Assembly (NCBI GenBank): GCA_026770705.1
Contig: JANJGN010000022.1
Coordinates: 21,390,001 to 21,454,000 of the forward strand
Direction: 5' to 3'
Length of the DNA: 64,000 nucleotides
Source: Isurus oxyrinchus
Lineage: Eukaryota
The notes below the pieces were generated by a model. That model ran no database searches, was not told the DNA's origin, and saw only the letters and a list, made by a program, of their open reading frames with translations. A program made the position numbers and the translations under genes. Of this stretch, positions 38,508 to 52,290 are shown piece after piece (within the stretch, counting starts at the first letter, position 1; every line of letters starts with the position of its first letter).

Positions 38508-39130
38508 ACATATGAAAACATCACACAGAAAGAAAAGCTGTTCGGTGCAGCCTGTCCCATACAGTTGTGATTCCTTGCGTATCATGTCAAGAAACTCATC
38601 ACCCTCTAGGTGCTGTGAAGTCTCCCAGGAGAGGGAAAAAAGATGTTAAAAATCCAAAGTCAATTCAGGGGGAAAAACTGGAAAATTCCTCTAGGATCAA
38701 AACTAATCCTTAAGACCACATTCACCATGATTGTATTATTTGCTACTTTCCTTTTATTTGGTGTGATCTTCACCGCTGCCAAGAACCAGACCAGCTGTTT
38801 CTTGAAAATATACTGGGAACCAGCACTCATTACACAAGGCAGCGCCTTGTTCCATAGGTTTGCTTTTCTCTGTGAAAAGACGAACACCCAACATCTAAAC
38901 TATTTGCTCCCTTGTATAATTTATATGCATGCTCCTTGTCCTCTCCAGCCTATTTAATTGAAATAATTTATCAACTTGTACATAATCTAGTCCTTTCATT
39001 TTATCAACTGCAATCAAATCGCCTGTGTTCACACTTTAAGATATTATGGACTCAGCTGTCCAGATCGGCTAAAAGGGCTAAGGTGTCCCTCTTCTGTTCT
39101 GAACATTTTCCAAAGCCTTGGTATTGCCCA
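38508..39130 (-). mobile_element. Decayed LINE 3' fragment (CR1-like)
   Basis: acatatgaaaacatc tail-like start; aggcagcgccttgttccatagg...ctctgtgaaaag resembles the reverse of the CR1 ORF2 end. Confidence 0.45.
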
Positions 39131-42100
39131 GGTGAAGTAATAGAACCATTGAGCATTTTAGTAATTTCATAATTTTAGAGTTGTCTATGACTGCATTTGC
39201 AGGAATTCATATTTGTAACTATCACCTGTCATATCCTTGCAGTGTAACAAGCTTTTCTTGTATGTAAGATTTGAAATATTGTGGATTCTAAACAGAAGTT
39301 TATTTTCTGACTGCATTGCATCGTGTGTAGAATGTGGGTATGGGGGGAGAAATGGGTGTGTTACAGCTACTCTATTATATCCAGTTTGATTTGAATGTAA
39401 TTTATTGCCCTCTCCCATTCACCTTCACTGGCATCCCATCTATTTGTCTTGTTTTCAACTCCTGCTGTCAGGTTTAAAAACACTTATTCAGGGACACAAG
39501 TTTGTGATAAGCAAGACTTGCAGGTGATAAGGAAGAAGCTTCGAGTTAGCCTCCTTTTACATTGATTATACTATCAATAGTTTTATTTAAATCACATTCT
39601 GTTCTAGTCCTGCGAACATTTTTTCTAGTAGTATTATATAACGATCTAACATGCCACAAATCCACATTCAGGTTTGTTCTAATTTACACCATTGGTAGAA
39701 TGTCATCTGTGAGACAGTCTGATTTTTTTTTTTTGGCCCTGAGTGCACATGAATCAGATACAGGTCAATGGGTCTGAATAATGTTAAACTGAATTCTGTA
39801 GAGTCAGCTAGATTTAGTACCTATTAAGAGTAACAAATTGCCACCTGGGTTTCATTGTTTTAACAAAGTTATTACAATAGAAGCCTGTTGGCCCCTTCAC
39901 CAACATAAACGTGTACTGAACAGGTTTGAACAGACTGCACACTAGAAAGCATTCATTCATATTTCTAATTTGTATATAATTTATAAGACATATTTCTTCA
40001 GTATCACAATTGATCATTGAAAGAATTATGGACAGTTTGTAAGGGGGAATAAACATTTGCACAGAGCCCATTCTACACTGTTTGTTTTATCCACCTGTTC
40101 CTGATATTAAGCTGCTTTGCTTACCAGCCAGATGTTCTCATTATGAAGCTCTTATTCTGATTTTGTTAAGTGATATTTGCTTTGTATTATAGCATACAAC
40201 TCTGAGTAACAACAGACTTGCAACATGCAGGTTCCTTGCCATTGCACATACCATTCTAATTAGGTTGATAAGGTCTGAGCTGCAAATTCTACTGTCATCA
40301 GAAGGTACAAAGTTTGAACATCACTTGCAGATGGAACCCTATGCTATAGTGTGGTATTTGCTTACAACAGATTATCTGAACATGGGTAATGGCTGCTGGA
40401 ACTTGAATCATCACTGCCTGATTAGAAATTGAGCACTGAACCATCAGGGTACCCTTAAATAATACTTTATTAATTTTAAAAAGACACCATGTTGATAAAG
40501 GCATTAAACCCTTTAACAAATTTATAGATTAAAGAGCTCTTTTCAATATATCTTGGGCTATTCATACTGCCTATACTTAGTAAAATGTAAACAACATTCA
40601 CAAAACCTTGCTACTTCTGAATTACTGATGTATGTAAACTCTTTGGCTAAGTGCAAGATTTAGGTACAACTGATCCACGACGTAATTCAGGGGCAGACTT
40701 GGCCGATAAGTGATGAGTGGCCAACTTTGAAGCTAACCAAATCTGATGTTCTGTTTGTGTTGATGCCTGAATACCCCCAAAAAGGGCATAGGTAGGATAT
40801 GCAGTATTCTGAGAAGAATAAATGAGAACTGTCTTACTAAAATCAACTAATTGTGTACTCTGGTGTAGGAAAAATATAGGACAGCATCACTCCAGTAAAA
40901 GTCCTGTGAGTTGCCACATATATACTAGTGAATCCAGCCTAAGGAAGGGAAAAATGATTTCACTAAAAGTACCTTTGGGAATCCTTGCCACGTATGTAGA
41001 TTTGAGACGAGGAGCACCTTCCCTCTGGGGAAAAATGTTGTTGGCAGAATATGAGGAAAACAGCTTGTTAGAATTACATCTTGGAAAGCTTAGGTGCATA
41101 GGCAATGTTGGGTAGCAGTGGGTGTCTTCGACATATTGAGTTGAAAGCAATGCCATACCCTGTTTCCTTCTAGACCACGAAAACCTATCTTTAATTATAT
41201 AGGTTTTAAGAACAGCTTATCCATTCTTAGAAAGCTTTTATATCCACAAATGTGTTATGAGGCAGCACCTCAGAGGAATCCACCATAGTGAAGGATTTCT
41301 TGGTTCTAATCATCCTTTCTGTTTTGTAATGCAGAAAGAGCTCTGGTTTTGTGTAGATTCCTGCCCTTTTTCAGTGTGGGGGCCTCGTTAGAATGTGTAT
41401 GAAAGCCATATATGTCATTCTGAATGTACGTCACTTGATGAAAAGGCCAAAGGTTGACTGGTCAGGAAGTTCCTCTTTGTGTGTGGCTGAGATTCAGAAC
41501 AGTGTGTGGTTCATACTGTTTTAAGCTTTGTGCGCACTTAAGTTCCTTGAAATCTGTCCATGTTAATTCACTTGAAGCCTTGGCATTTTAATTCTTTTTC
41601 TATTAATGCTTAACCCCTTGCCTACTAAATATTCTTAAAATCTTTCAGAAAACAGCTTAAAACGGCATTAAAAAATAGGTTTCTAGAATTTTTCTCCAAT
41701 AAATCTTAGGAAGTAATATAAACAGAACAAGGTTTAAAAAAAAGTGATCACACCAGTAATGTTATATAGCTGGTTACCCTTCACATGTTTGAAAGAACTT
41801 CTGTGTTGTCAGTACAGGGAGGTTGAGGTATTTTCTCTAAATAAAAGTTACATTAGTGGAAGTTGGGTGTGATTTGTGCATTCTAGTTATTTTGATTTTC
41901 TTATTCCTCTTCCTCAAAGGAAATTCCTGCAATTTTATCATTATCATTAGGGATCAGTCTCTGAATATCTCCATCAGATGAGTTAGGCAGTGCAGAAACT
42001 GACCCCTTTTTGAATGGATTTCCCTCCTTCCTCAGTGAACACACCGGTAGTTAGAGTGACATGCTAACTGAAAGGAGCTTGAGACTGAGTAACGACTGAT

Positions 42101-42171
42101 GGGAGCATGAGCAGAAAGTTCAGTGCTTCAGCGCTGTGGGCAATGCACTGACATTCTAATTATTTCATTTT

Positions 42172-42555
42172 AGCCGTGGCCCAGTGGGCAGTACTCTCAC
42201 CTCTGAGTCAGGAGATTGTGAATTTAAGCTCCACTATAGGACTTGAGTTTATTATCTAGACTGATGCGTTATTTGTGTTATTTGCGGTGTTGGGGGTGGG
42301 GGTGCAGCATTGATTAGAGATGCTGTCTTTTGGATGACATGTTAAACCAAGGCCCCTATCTCCCTGTTAAGGTGGGCATAAATATCTTTGAACACTGCTT
42401 CAACATCCAACCTTCAATCAACATCACTACAACGGATTAGCTGGACAGTTATCTTGATTTGCTATCTGGGGGACATGATGTGTGCAATTTGGTGTTGTGT
42501 TTCTCCACAAAACAATTGTGAATATACTTGAAAAGTAATTCATTGTAATCACTCT
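42172..42555 (+). mobile_element. tRNA-derived SINE (Deu/SacSINE-like)
   Basis: A-box-like gtggcccagtggg, ctctgagtcaggagattgtgaatttaagctccac B-box region, Deu-like core gctgtcttttggatgacatgttaaaccaaggcccc. Confidence 0.75.
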
Positions 42556-42569
42556 AAAGAAAGAAAGGC

Positions 42570-43025
42570 TTCCATTATATACTGTTGTGCCTTTCACAAC
42601 CTCAGGGCATCCCAAAGTGTTTTACATCCAATGAAGTACCTTCTTTTGAAATGCAGTCACTGCTGTGATATCAGAAACACAGCATCTAGTCTGTGCACAG
42701 TAAGCTCCCACAAACAGCAATGTGATAATGGCCAGCTAAACTGTTGTTCTGATGTTTATTGAGATAAATATTGGTCAGGGCATTAGGGATAACTTCCCTA
42801 CTATTCTTCGAAACAGTGCCATGGAATCTTTTACATCTAGCATAAAGAATAGGCAGCACCTTGGCTTAACATCTCACTTCAAAGGCAGAACCTCTGACAC
42901 TGCAGAACTCTCTCAGTATTGCACTGCAGTGTCATTCTTGAAGTTTGTGCTCAATTTCTGGACTTGAACCTACAATCTTCTGACTCAGGAGATGAGAGTG
43001 ATTTTAACTGAGCCAAGCTGACTTC
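42570..43025 (-). mobile_element. tRNA-derived SINE, opposite orientation
   Basis: Minus-strand head tcagcttggctcagtt...ctgagtcagaagattgtaggttcaagtc. Confidence 0.8.
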
Positions 43026-43124
43026 AGTGCAACCCAAAGATTGGAAGGTAATATGTAATGTAAACTTCTTATTGATTTCAAATAGTTAACATAACAAACA
43101 ATCTTTTCTCCTCTGAGTTCAAAT

Positions 43125-43985
43125 TTCAAGGCTTGCAAATGACACAAAATTTGGAAATGTATTAACAGTGAGGAGGATAGTAACAGACTCAGGACACAAA
43201 CAGACTTGTGAAACAGGCAGACACATGTCAAATGAAATTTAACATGCAAGCGTGAAGTGATGCATTTTGGAAGGAAGGTTGAGGAGAGGCTGTATAAACT
43301 AAATGGCACTATTTTTAAAAGAGATGCAGGGACAGAGACCTGGGCATGTACAAACACATCTTTGATGGTGGCAAGACAAGTTGATTAAAGCTTTTTTTTA
43401 AAGAAAAACAAAGGATTTATAAAGCCAAAGAGGCATAGAGTACAAAACCAAAGAAATTATACTAACTCTTTATAAATAATTGGCTTGGCTGACCCCAGCC
43501 AGAGAATTATTACCAATTCTGAGCGCTGCGCTTTTGGCAAGTATGGGGAAGATATCAACAAGATTTACCAGGGTAGTATCAGAGATGAAGGACTTTTGTT
43601 CTCCTTGGTACGTAAAGGGTTATGGGGAGATTTAATAGAAGTGTTCAAGATTCTGAGGGGTTTTGATCAACTAAATGGGGAGAAAATGTTTCCACCAGAA
43701 GGAGGATTGGTAACCAGAGGAGACAGATTTAAGATAATTGACAAAATAATGAGGGGAAAGATGCGAATTATGCAGCAAGTTATGATCTGAAATTAATTAT
43801 TTGAAAGGGTGCTGGATGCAGATTCAATAGTAACTTCCAAAAGAGAATTGGATAAATATTTGAAATGCAACTAGTTGAAGGGCTGTACAGGGAGAACAAA
43901 AAACTGGGATTAATTGGATAATTATTTCGAAATACGGCACAGGCTTGATGTGCCAAATGGTCTCCTGTGCTGTAAGATCCTGTAC
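43125..43985 (+). mobile_element. CR1 3' fragment
   Basis: GLFSL...LWGDLIEVFKILRGFD...TRGDRFKI is typical of the CR1 ORF2 end; aatggtctcctgtgctgtaa tail. Confidence 0.85.
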
Positions 43986-46900
43986 CTAGGCCTCTTAGCC
44001 TCCATTGAGAACGAGCAAGGTGCATTTGCTTGTTCAGGGTGATTCACTGTCTGTCCTATCACCCCTTTTGGAAAGTATTTTATCTCTGCTGCATGCCTTC
44101 AATGGTTGCAATTGCGAACGGCCATATGTATTGTAGATGTAAACCTACAGTCCCTGTGGTGGAATAGTACAGTATTTTCCAATCCCCCTGCTGTTTATGT
44201 TAAAAGAAATTGAAGATGCTGTGTCTTTATGCAGGTGCTGCCACCTGGCAATTATCACCTTAGTAAGTTCTGAATCTTGATCGAATTATCAGGAGAGTTC
44301 CCCCTTCCACAGAAGTGAAACATTTTCTGAGCAAGTGAGGAAGATTAATGGGTGTAGACTAAGAAGAATTATTTGAATTAGGGACATAGATGAGAAATAA
44401 TACTTTTTTTGTCGTGGAATTAAAATTCCCTTGGAAGAACTGGGGTTTAAAAATAAATACACATTTCAGTTTTCCTGCAGGCCTGTTGGCACTTTGAACT
44501 TCACTGTTGGCATTTTTATTACACCACAACAATCTAAACTGCTGTCCTGAAGTTGGATTTATAAAATCTACTTAATTCCAAATTATTCCTCCTCACAGTT
44601 ACCAGAAAGGAAACTGTTTTAGCCCTCTGAATACAGCATTATAGTTTTCAAACTAAATAAAGGGAGTGGACTGTTTAGAGTTTCGTCAGACTAAATACAT
44701 TTTTCATATACTGTTTTATTGCTGCCTCTGAACCAAAAAGGCTGCAAAGGGATATTCAGATTTGTTGGCAGCTAATGCGAATGAACATTGTGAATATGTG
44801 AATATTTCAGGGTCTAAGCATTATCCCTTATTTTTAATTCCGTAACATTACATTAATAGAAATATTATTTTGAAATTAATTGCATTCTGAGCAGTTCTGA
44901 AACTTTAAAAAAAATCTTCTTTTCCTCAAATTAGGAGCTTTTAAATTTCCTTCCCTTTTTGCCTTCCCACACTTTGCATTATACTTTATCCAGGAGATTG
45001 TGTACAGAAACTCTTCACTGACTGACCATCTCACATTGGCTGCCTGACTGTGCACAAAAAAGGGCTACAATTACCGCTCTTGTTGCCTCACTCCTTTTAG
45101 ATAAATACCCTGCTTTTACTTTGCCTGTCTGCTCTCCCCCCCCCCCCCCCCAATCTGTGTTGCTCCTTAGATCAAGAGTTTATATACAATCAGTGATATA
45201 TAGCACTGATACTTCAATCTGCTATTCTCCTAGACGTGGGACCAGAGATTTGTTATAAGACTTTCTTTTGCCATCCATCAGTGTGTCCTTGGGCCAGTTG
45301 CTTTTAATTTCAACTCCTAAGTCCTTTGGTATATCTGTGCCAAACTAAATAGAATGACTTTGTCTGTTACTGGTTAGTGATTCTTTAGTGTTTAAAAATA
45401 AACCCCTAATATCTCCAGTTGGTGGCAACTGTCAGTATTATTTTGTTTTTTTAGTATTAGCCCTTACTTGATGTGATGTCTACCAAATTCAGTTCTACTA
45501 GGATGTGATGATGTACTTTGTAATTGTATAGATTTCTTTTTAAAATGAACATGACAGATTACTTTTTTTAATGTCCCCTTTTAATGGTTTAAATAAACTT
45601 TGAATTTATAATGCACTCAGTAAATCGATGTATGCCATAATCATGTGGGTTGCTTTTGAAAGCTGCATTAATCCAACATAAAAATTAGTGATGATAATCC
45701 GTACTAGAATTTGACATCATTTCAATAACTTTTAAGTATTTAGAAGATACTTATTCCATTGTATGGAAACATTTGATAACTGGTTAGCAACTGTTGCCAT
45801 TTTGAGATATTTCTGTTTTTCTTGGTACCTTCCTATTTACCTGTGACTGTTTGCTTTTGAAAAGTGAAAAAATGTCATGTTGTATTCAGTGCATCAAGAT
45901 CCCTTTATTAACACTGCATTCAAAGTACAAATTTAGCATTGGTGAAAAGATGTTTGAGCATCCCAAACTGCCAGAGGTGAAGTGAAATCAATTCTTCCAA
46001 GAAGTCTCATTTTACTTTGCTCTTAATCTAGTGGGAACCTGACTTTGGAGTCAGCTACATTTACGCTGTAACTAATGTAAATGCATACTAGTTGTTCCTT
46101 TTATTACACATTTCCAAATCACCAGTTTTGGAGCAAACGTTGATACTTGGTTAGTTTTCTTTTTTTGACAGGTTAAGGATTTGTCAAATTTATCGGCTTT
46201 CAGACTTGTTTTTATTTTCTGCTGTAAAATCGTAAAATAGTATAATAGAAGGAATGTAGTGAAGCAAAAGTTATGTTTTCTTAAAATGAAAGAATTCTCT
46301 TTGAATCAATTTGTATTTTTGTGATACAGAAATTCTCTGCATTTCTTCCCATGGTTAACCTCACTGATAACTACTAACTTTCTCAAGCCTTCAGCACTGA
46401 AAGTGTTTGCCCTTTCAACGAGATTGAAATACTGTTCTCTAATCCCACAGCAACACTGAATAATGTAACTTTAATACATACTCTGTATTGAACAGGGTAA
46501 AGGAGCTGACGAAAGCACAGGAGTAATTGCTGAAAGCTTTAATCATGAAGTTCTTTGTCCAGTGTAGAAAATATTGCTACTAGCAAAGAAATATTTGTTT
46601 AATTTGTTCTAAGATTGTAGTGATCTGTGGCTGTTTAAGGACTTGCATGATACTGCTTATGAAGGTAGGACTGTAGAGAGATATGGACCTACAGCTATTC
46701 AGTCAAATAGTTAGATTTGTACTTGGTGTCCTTCGCTGTAGTTTAATGTTATGTTTGTATTAATAATCCTGAAATTAAGGGCTTGTTCTGCTGGAGATAA
46801 GGGTGATCGGTTATCAGCAAAACTTCTTTAAAATAAATCAGCCCCTTTGCACATGCTTACAATTCTGGAGAAAGGTAACATGTTAGAAACAATGCAGGAT

Positions 46901-48611
46901 TTTAATTTCCAAATCTTAAATGTTGTGTAGCTCAAATCATGACAGTACACCATTAAAAAAAAATCAATGCAGCACATAATGCTACTGGACTGACAATTGA
47001 AACCAAAATCTGCTGAAGTAATTTTCTAATTGCAGCCTTGGAAAGTGAATTTTGATGGCAAAGATGTAACTGGCTAGCACACAAGGTATGCTGGAGGCTT
47101 GTGCCACAATTTCTTAAAAATGGTGTTCCTGTTATGATTAAATCTTGTCAGCAAGAGGAGATAGGCAGAAAGTCCTCCCTCCTGAGCAGCTGGTTAAAGG
47201 GTAGCATTTTCCTGACATGACGTTTTTTGCAGAGCATAACTATGGATGACATAAAATATTGCCAATGGTATACCTAGAGAATAAACAGTGAACTATTTGT
47301 TTTCTTCATTATGTTAATTTAGTCATTAAAAGGTTTATAAGTAAAGTCATAGGAGGGTTACAACAGATCGGGTTTTGCTAAGCTGATCGTAGAATATTGG
47401 ATCCAAAATCATGGCTGGATGTGTATGGACAGACTTTCAGTAAATAGACAAACCTGCCCCTGAAACCATCAGAAATGTAGTAAACTCCCCAGTGCATGGT
47501 TGTGCTATGGTCCATTAGCCTGGTTTGTACTACACGTGTGGTCTGTGATGCTTATGGGAGAATAAGCCATGAGGGAATGGCAATCCATTTGTCTTCCAAT
47601 CTGATTGGGGGAGAAGAATCTGATTGCCAACTGGTCAAAGTAAAATTGAAATTTCAGAGAACAGGTTGGCACAAATTAGAACAACAATTCTTTTTAAATG
47701 GCTCCCCTGAAGGGCTCATAAAAAGGATTCTAAAGTTACAGTTTCATATCTAAAATTTCTGTAGATTTGAACATTCTTAATTCTGTTTTAAATATTCAGT
47801 GATAGAAATTTAGATGTTGTATTTCAGATAGTATTTGCTGAGACCCCATGCTTGCAGTGGTGTACATTGCCACCTATTGATCATTTTAGGAAGTATCTTT
47901 TTTATAAGAAATAACTTTAAAGAGACTAATTAACATTTTCTAGCTAATCATCTATTCAGTAATTATTATATTGTAGTTTTTAAGAACACAGTTTCATTTT
48001 ACAGTCAAATGTGCCTTCAGCTTTTATACTGGTGATCATGGCTTTGTTGTATAAAATGTATTAATTTGAGCAGCCTCAGACCTAGTGTCTTGATGTTTTA
48101 ACACTGCTATGTCTAGACCTATCTGAGTTCAGCTCAATAAAGACTGCTAACTCAGCTCAGACAAGCTAACTGAAAGCAGGTGGAGCCCAAATAGAACTTT
48201 ACAACCGCTGAACTAGTCACTTTGCAATCAGCACAAGGCATGCACGCCTTTTAAAGTGAACATTGATTTGGGTTTGCAAAAATAGTCAACCATATTTTCT
48301 AGTAATCTAAGCATGGAATTTTAAAAGTCAAAAGTTCTCTGGAGTCACTTACAGAAGCCAATCTGAACAACTTATACTTTGTGGAATTGAATAGAATTAT
48401 GCTGATGCAGAAAGATAGAAAAATGAATGTAAAAACAATGCCAAATATCTAAGCATTTCCCCAGATGTATTCAAAACACCAGCTAAAAATAACTCCTTGC
48501 TACATAAAGATTTTGCACTAGTCAGTTCTGTATTAATAACTATTTAAGTTGCCTGTAGAGTTGTTATAAATACAATAATGTCCCAGTAACATGAATGTTA
48601 TGTGCTGTTAG

Positions 48612-48767
48612 TTCAGAACAGTGTACTTAAAGAAGCTGGTGATGATCGAGATCGTCTGAAGTTAGAGAAGGGTGCTGTAGAACAACCTCAGATAAAGGTC
48701 CCAATAGAGCCACCTGAAGAAAGTAATGACAAAGGCGCGGAAGTACAGCTGGATCGTCCCAACCAAG
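48612..48767 (+). CDS. SLC38A10: SLC38A10 exon (VQNSVLKE...QLDRPNQ)
   Basis: ttag acceptor, AG|gtactg donor, 156 nt, phase 1-1; EQPQIKVP and QLDRPNQG match recalled human EQAQIKGP and QLDRPGQG. Confidence 0.92.
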
Positions 48768-49960
48768 GTACTGCAAGTTGTGGCTGTATGAGAATTCACT
48801 TTGAATTGAAATTGAAGATTTTGCTATTTATAGACTGATAGCTTGGTTGTTTTGCTCCTGGTATCGATACAAATTCGCATTTGCTCTATTTCTGTACTGA
48901 AGAACAAGGCAGCCTCTGTTTGTCCTGTCCTTGCTCCTTTATCAGTGTTCTTCAAGCTGATCTTGAATATTTACAAAAGTGGCCCAGGGATCATTTCTTC
49001 TCCATTTTCCCCTCTCATGTTAGGAAAGTACCAAGCTTTAGCATGACGCTTATTCAGAGTTTGGGAGAGAGAGAGAGAGACATTCCTCCTCAATTTTAAA
49101 AATTAGGCATTACTTGAGAAAAGGCTCATAACCCAATGAAAGAAAATGCCTTGAATAAATCAAAATTCCTGTTGATGTTTATTACCACTGATGAATCAGA
49201 AATGAGGTGTTTTTTAAAAAGTCATTTAAATATTTTTAATGCGATAATGAATTGACAGTAGTGTAATGAGAAAAACGGATAGATGTCATTAGGTGTATTG
49301 AAACAAGCAAAACAGCAGATATTCACCAATGTGCAACCAAGCACACATGGAAGCCCCAATTTGTGAGTGAAGAGCAAGGAGTGTCCATCCAAGAAAGAAA
49401 GTAAGTAAACTGATTGAATAGCCTAGTATATTTTTTCAAAACATTATCAGCTGGTTATTTAAGTCCTTCATGCTGGCTGGCTGGTTTTTGATCCCCTGAG
49501 CAACCTCATGGGAGTATCCAGCTTGTTGGGTCGATGAACTCGATAGTCGCTACTTGGACGAGATTTATGAATATTATTGGAATAAGATCTATTAATCACC
49601 TTGCTTTCGAGTCCAATGAGCCCGTATTGACCAAGTGATTGACACATTACAGCTTCATTTTGGCTGATCAGAAACAGGAACACACAAACATAGTATAAAT
49701 ATTTTTGAAAGTCATGATTGTATACAACTATTATAAGTCATAATTTATCTGCATTGTCTGTCATTTGGAAATGGTACGGTGAGAAGAATTGTGGAATGGT
49801 GAATAACTTCCAAATAAAAGATAAATATATTTTTAAAAGTTATAATTAAGTGACAGCTGTTTTTTTAAAAAAAAACAGATTTCCAGCTGCTATTATAGTT
49901 TGCTTAAGAATACTATAGAATTTGCATCTAGTCTTTACTGTTCATCATGTTTCTTTGCAG

Positions 49961-50416
49961 GGGTTGCTCATCCAGTGGGAGAGGCTCATCGACATGAACC
50001 ACCCATCCCACATGATGAAGTCATTGTCGATGAAGGAAAGGATGGTGACGAATCAAATGAAAAGGAGCTCCCAGCAGTGAAAGCTAAGCAGCCAAATGAT
50101 GAGGGGAAAATCAATTTTAATGAAAAGATGAAAGAATTGGAAGAGGAAAAGATGGTTAATCCAGGATTAAAAGAGCAGGGAAAAGAAATGGTCGACCACA
50201 TCAATGACGCACCAGCGGTTGATTCAAAACAAAGGGACCAGCCAGGCAAGGTGGCACCGGAGATGAACATTCAAGGTGCAGTACCTCAACCAGGTGTAGA
50301 ACTGCATCAGCAAAAGTTAAATGATAACCATGGCAAAGTTCCTGGAGGAGAAGATGCAGTGATTCATAACCCAGAAGGGAACGTAGAAAACATGAAGAAC
50401 AAAGAGTTGGAAAATG
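49961..50416 (+). CDS. SLC38A10: SLC38A10 exon (GVAHPVGEAHRHEPPIPHD...)
   Basis: ttctttgcag acceptor, G|gtaagc donor, 456 nt, phase 1-1; PVGEAHRHEPP.PHD is a hallmark conserved SLC38A10 motif. Confidence 0.95.
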
Positions 50417-50559
50417 GTAAGCGGCACCTAATGAGATCTGTCTAAAACCCTGATGGGTGCTGCAGTGGATCCTGCAAATTGTACATCCTATAGCCGCATT
50501 GCAATAATGGTGGGGTGGAGGATGGATATTGAGTCCTGTGGCAGGGACGTCAATCAAGT

Positions 50560-50830
50560 GAACTTCTTTCGCTTGAGTACTACCAAACTTCTTGTGTTAC
50601 AACTGCACCCAGTCAGATGAGTGGTGAGCATTCCATCACGCTCTAACCTGAGCCTTTGAGGTGGTGAATAGGCTTGGAGAAGTCAAGAGGGTGAGCCACT
50701 CAAGAGCACGCAACCTCTGCTCTGCTGCTTTATCACAATGTCGTTATGGCTATTCTAGTTGTGCTTCTGGTCAATGGTGACAACCTCCTTGGTGTTGACA
50801 GTAGGGAACTTGACAATGATCACTACTACT
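50560..50830 (-). mobile_element. Decayed LINE (L2/CR1) internal fragment
   Basis: gatgagtggtgagcattccatcac...gagtcaagagggtgagccactc resembles a recalled shark LINE segment. Confidence 0.5.
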
Positions 50831-52055
50831 CTTACTCCTACTCCTTTTCCCTCCCCACCATGGTGCAGTGAAGTCCCTGATATATAACTCTCCTTAAACT
50901 GAAAGCTGCACTCACTCTTAACTCCCCTCCATGCAAAGGCATGGGAAATCAACTAATATATTTAAAAGAAATTGCAGCAGCCTGAATGTTGGCTTTCAAT
51001 GTTTCTATTTGGGCTGTGATAATCACATTAATCCATTCATCTAATTATTTCCTGCAAAAATTGGGCATTTCCTCTCAATGATAGCTGACATTTTCTTTGG
51101 CCAGAAATATTTAGTATCAGTTGACCTGATAGCAAAAATAGTTTTCTGCCTTAATTTGCTGACTTAAATTTCTGCTATGCAGCTAACATCAGCAAAATGG
51201 CATCCTTTAATAAGGCCCGATTAATCTCCCTGTGGTTGAGCAGAAACTGAAGTTGTGGAGGTGGGGGGAGAAATATTTAATTCAGATGAATCAGCCCAGA
51301 TACTGTGATAATCTTTTAAAAGGGTAAAACAGCAATGTCTGTTAATACTGTTCTCCACCATTTTGTGGTGCAAGGAGATTTTATGTCATCTTTATAATAT
51401 TTCTTGCATTAGTCACATATGTTGAGTCTGTCATTTGTTTTATGCCCATTATATGTCTGTCAATTTTGATACTCATTGGTTAACTGGATTGTTCTATCTA
51501 ATTGGTAGTTTTCTTTAGTAATTCACCAGACAAATTTCACAGAAACTTCTCCATCATTTTCATTCCATCATATTCCACTGAAAGGTTTTATACAATCTCA
51601 TTCTAAATTTTTTTTTAAAGTTGGGAATTACATTTCAGCAAAGTCAAGTTCTGAAAACAAGTGTCATTTCAATGCCTCATAGGAAGGGAAACATTTCTAC
51701 TTCGACTGGACGCCAGAGGAGGTGATCAGTGTCAGCACTTTCCCCACCACAGGAAAGTCTCTAATATTTATAGAGAAGAGCTACCCATTGACAGAAAAAA
51801 TAGAACTACAGACTACTGGCTAAAATATGTCATTAAATCTTACATATCAGTTTTATATTCACTGCATTTGAATTTATGAAGGACGTTGAAGCCCTCTAGT
51901 GTTAGAAAATTGTTTCTGCAATTGACTGAAAAAAAGCTTTATTATTTTAGGCAAATTTGTGCTCTTGTACTGTACCAGCCAAGATTTCTATTAACATTTG
52001 TAGATAAATTAGCCACACATGAAGGTTATTATTTTTTTCACCCTGCCCCATTAAG

Positions 52056-52193
52056 GTAACAAGAGGGATTTGCCAGCCCTGGAAAATGTTGGTGCAGCTG
52101 AAGTGCCACAACCACATGTCCGTGATGAGAGGGACAGTGAAAATGCAATTTCAGAAGAAAAACAAGATGGAAAACCAGCTGAAGGAGGAGAGG
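52056..52193 (+). CDS. SLC38A10: SLC38A10 exon absent from the ORF track (GNKRDLPALENVGAAEVPQPHVRDERDSENAISEEKQDGKPAEGGE)
   Basis: Pyrimidine-rich tract plus ttaag acceptor, G|gtgagt donor, 138 nt open in the required phase-1 frame; P.P..RD.E resembles the recalled human PPEPREQRDVE segment. Confidence 0.85.
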
Positions 52194-52290
52194 GTGAGTT
52201 GTGACAGAAAATATGCTGAGCTGTACGTGTTTTTAAGTTATTGAAATATTTTCTTGTTATGGTGTATTCGTCTCCATTGTCCTGTACATT

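Noticed and set aside
50417-50445. Read-through of the donor giving KRHLMRSV-stop
   Set aside because: Expected by chance at any donor; no nearby poly(A) signal supports an isoform
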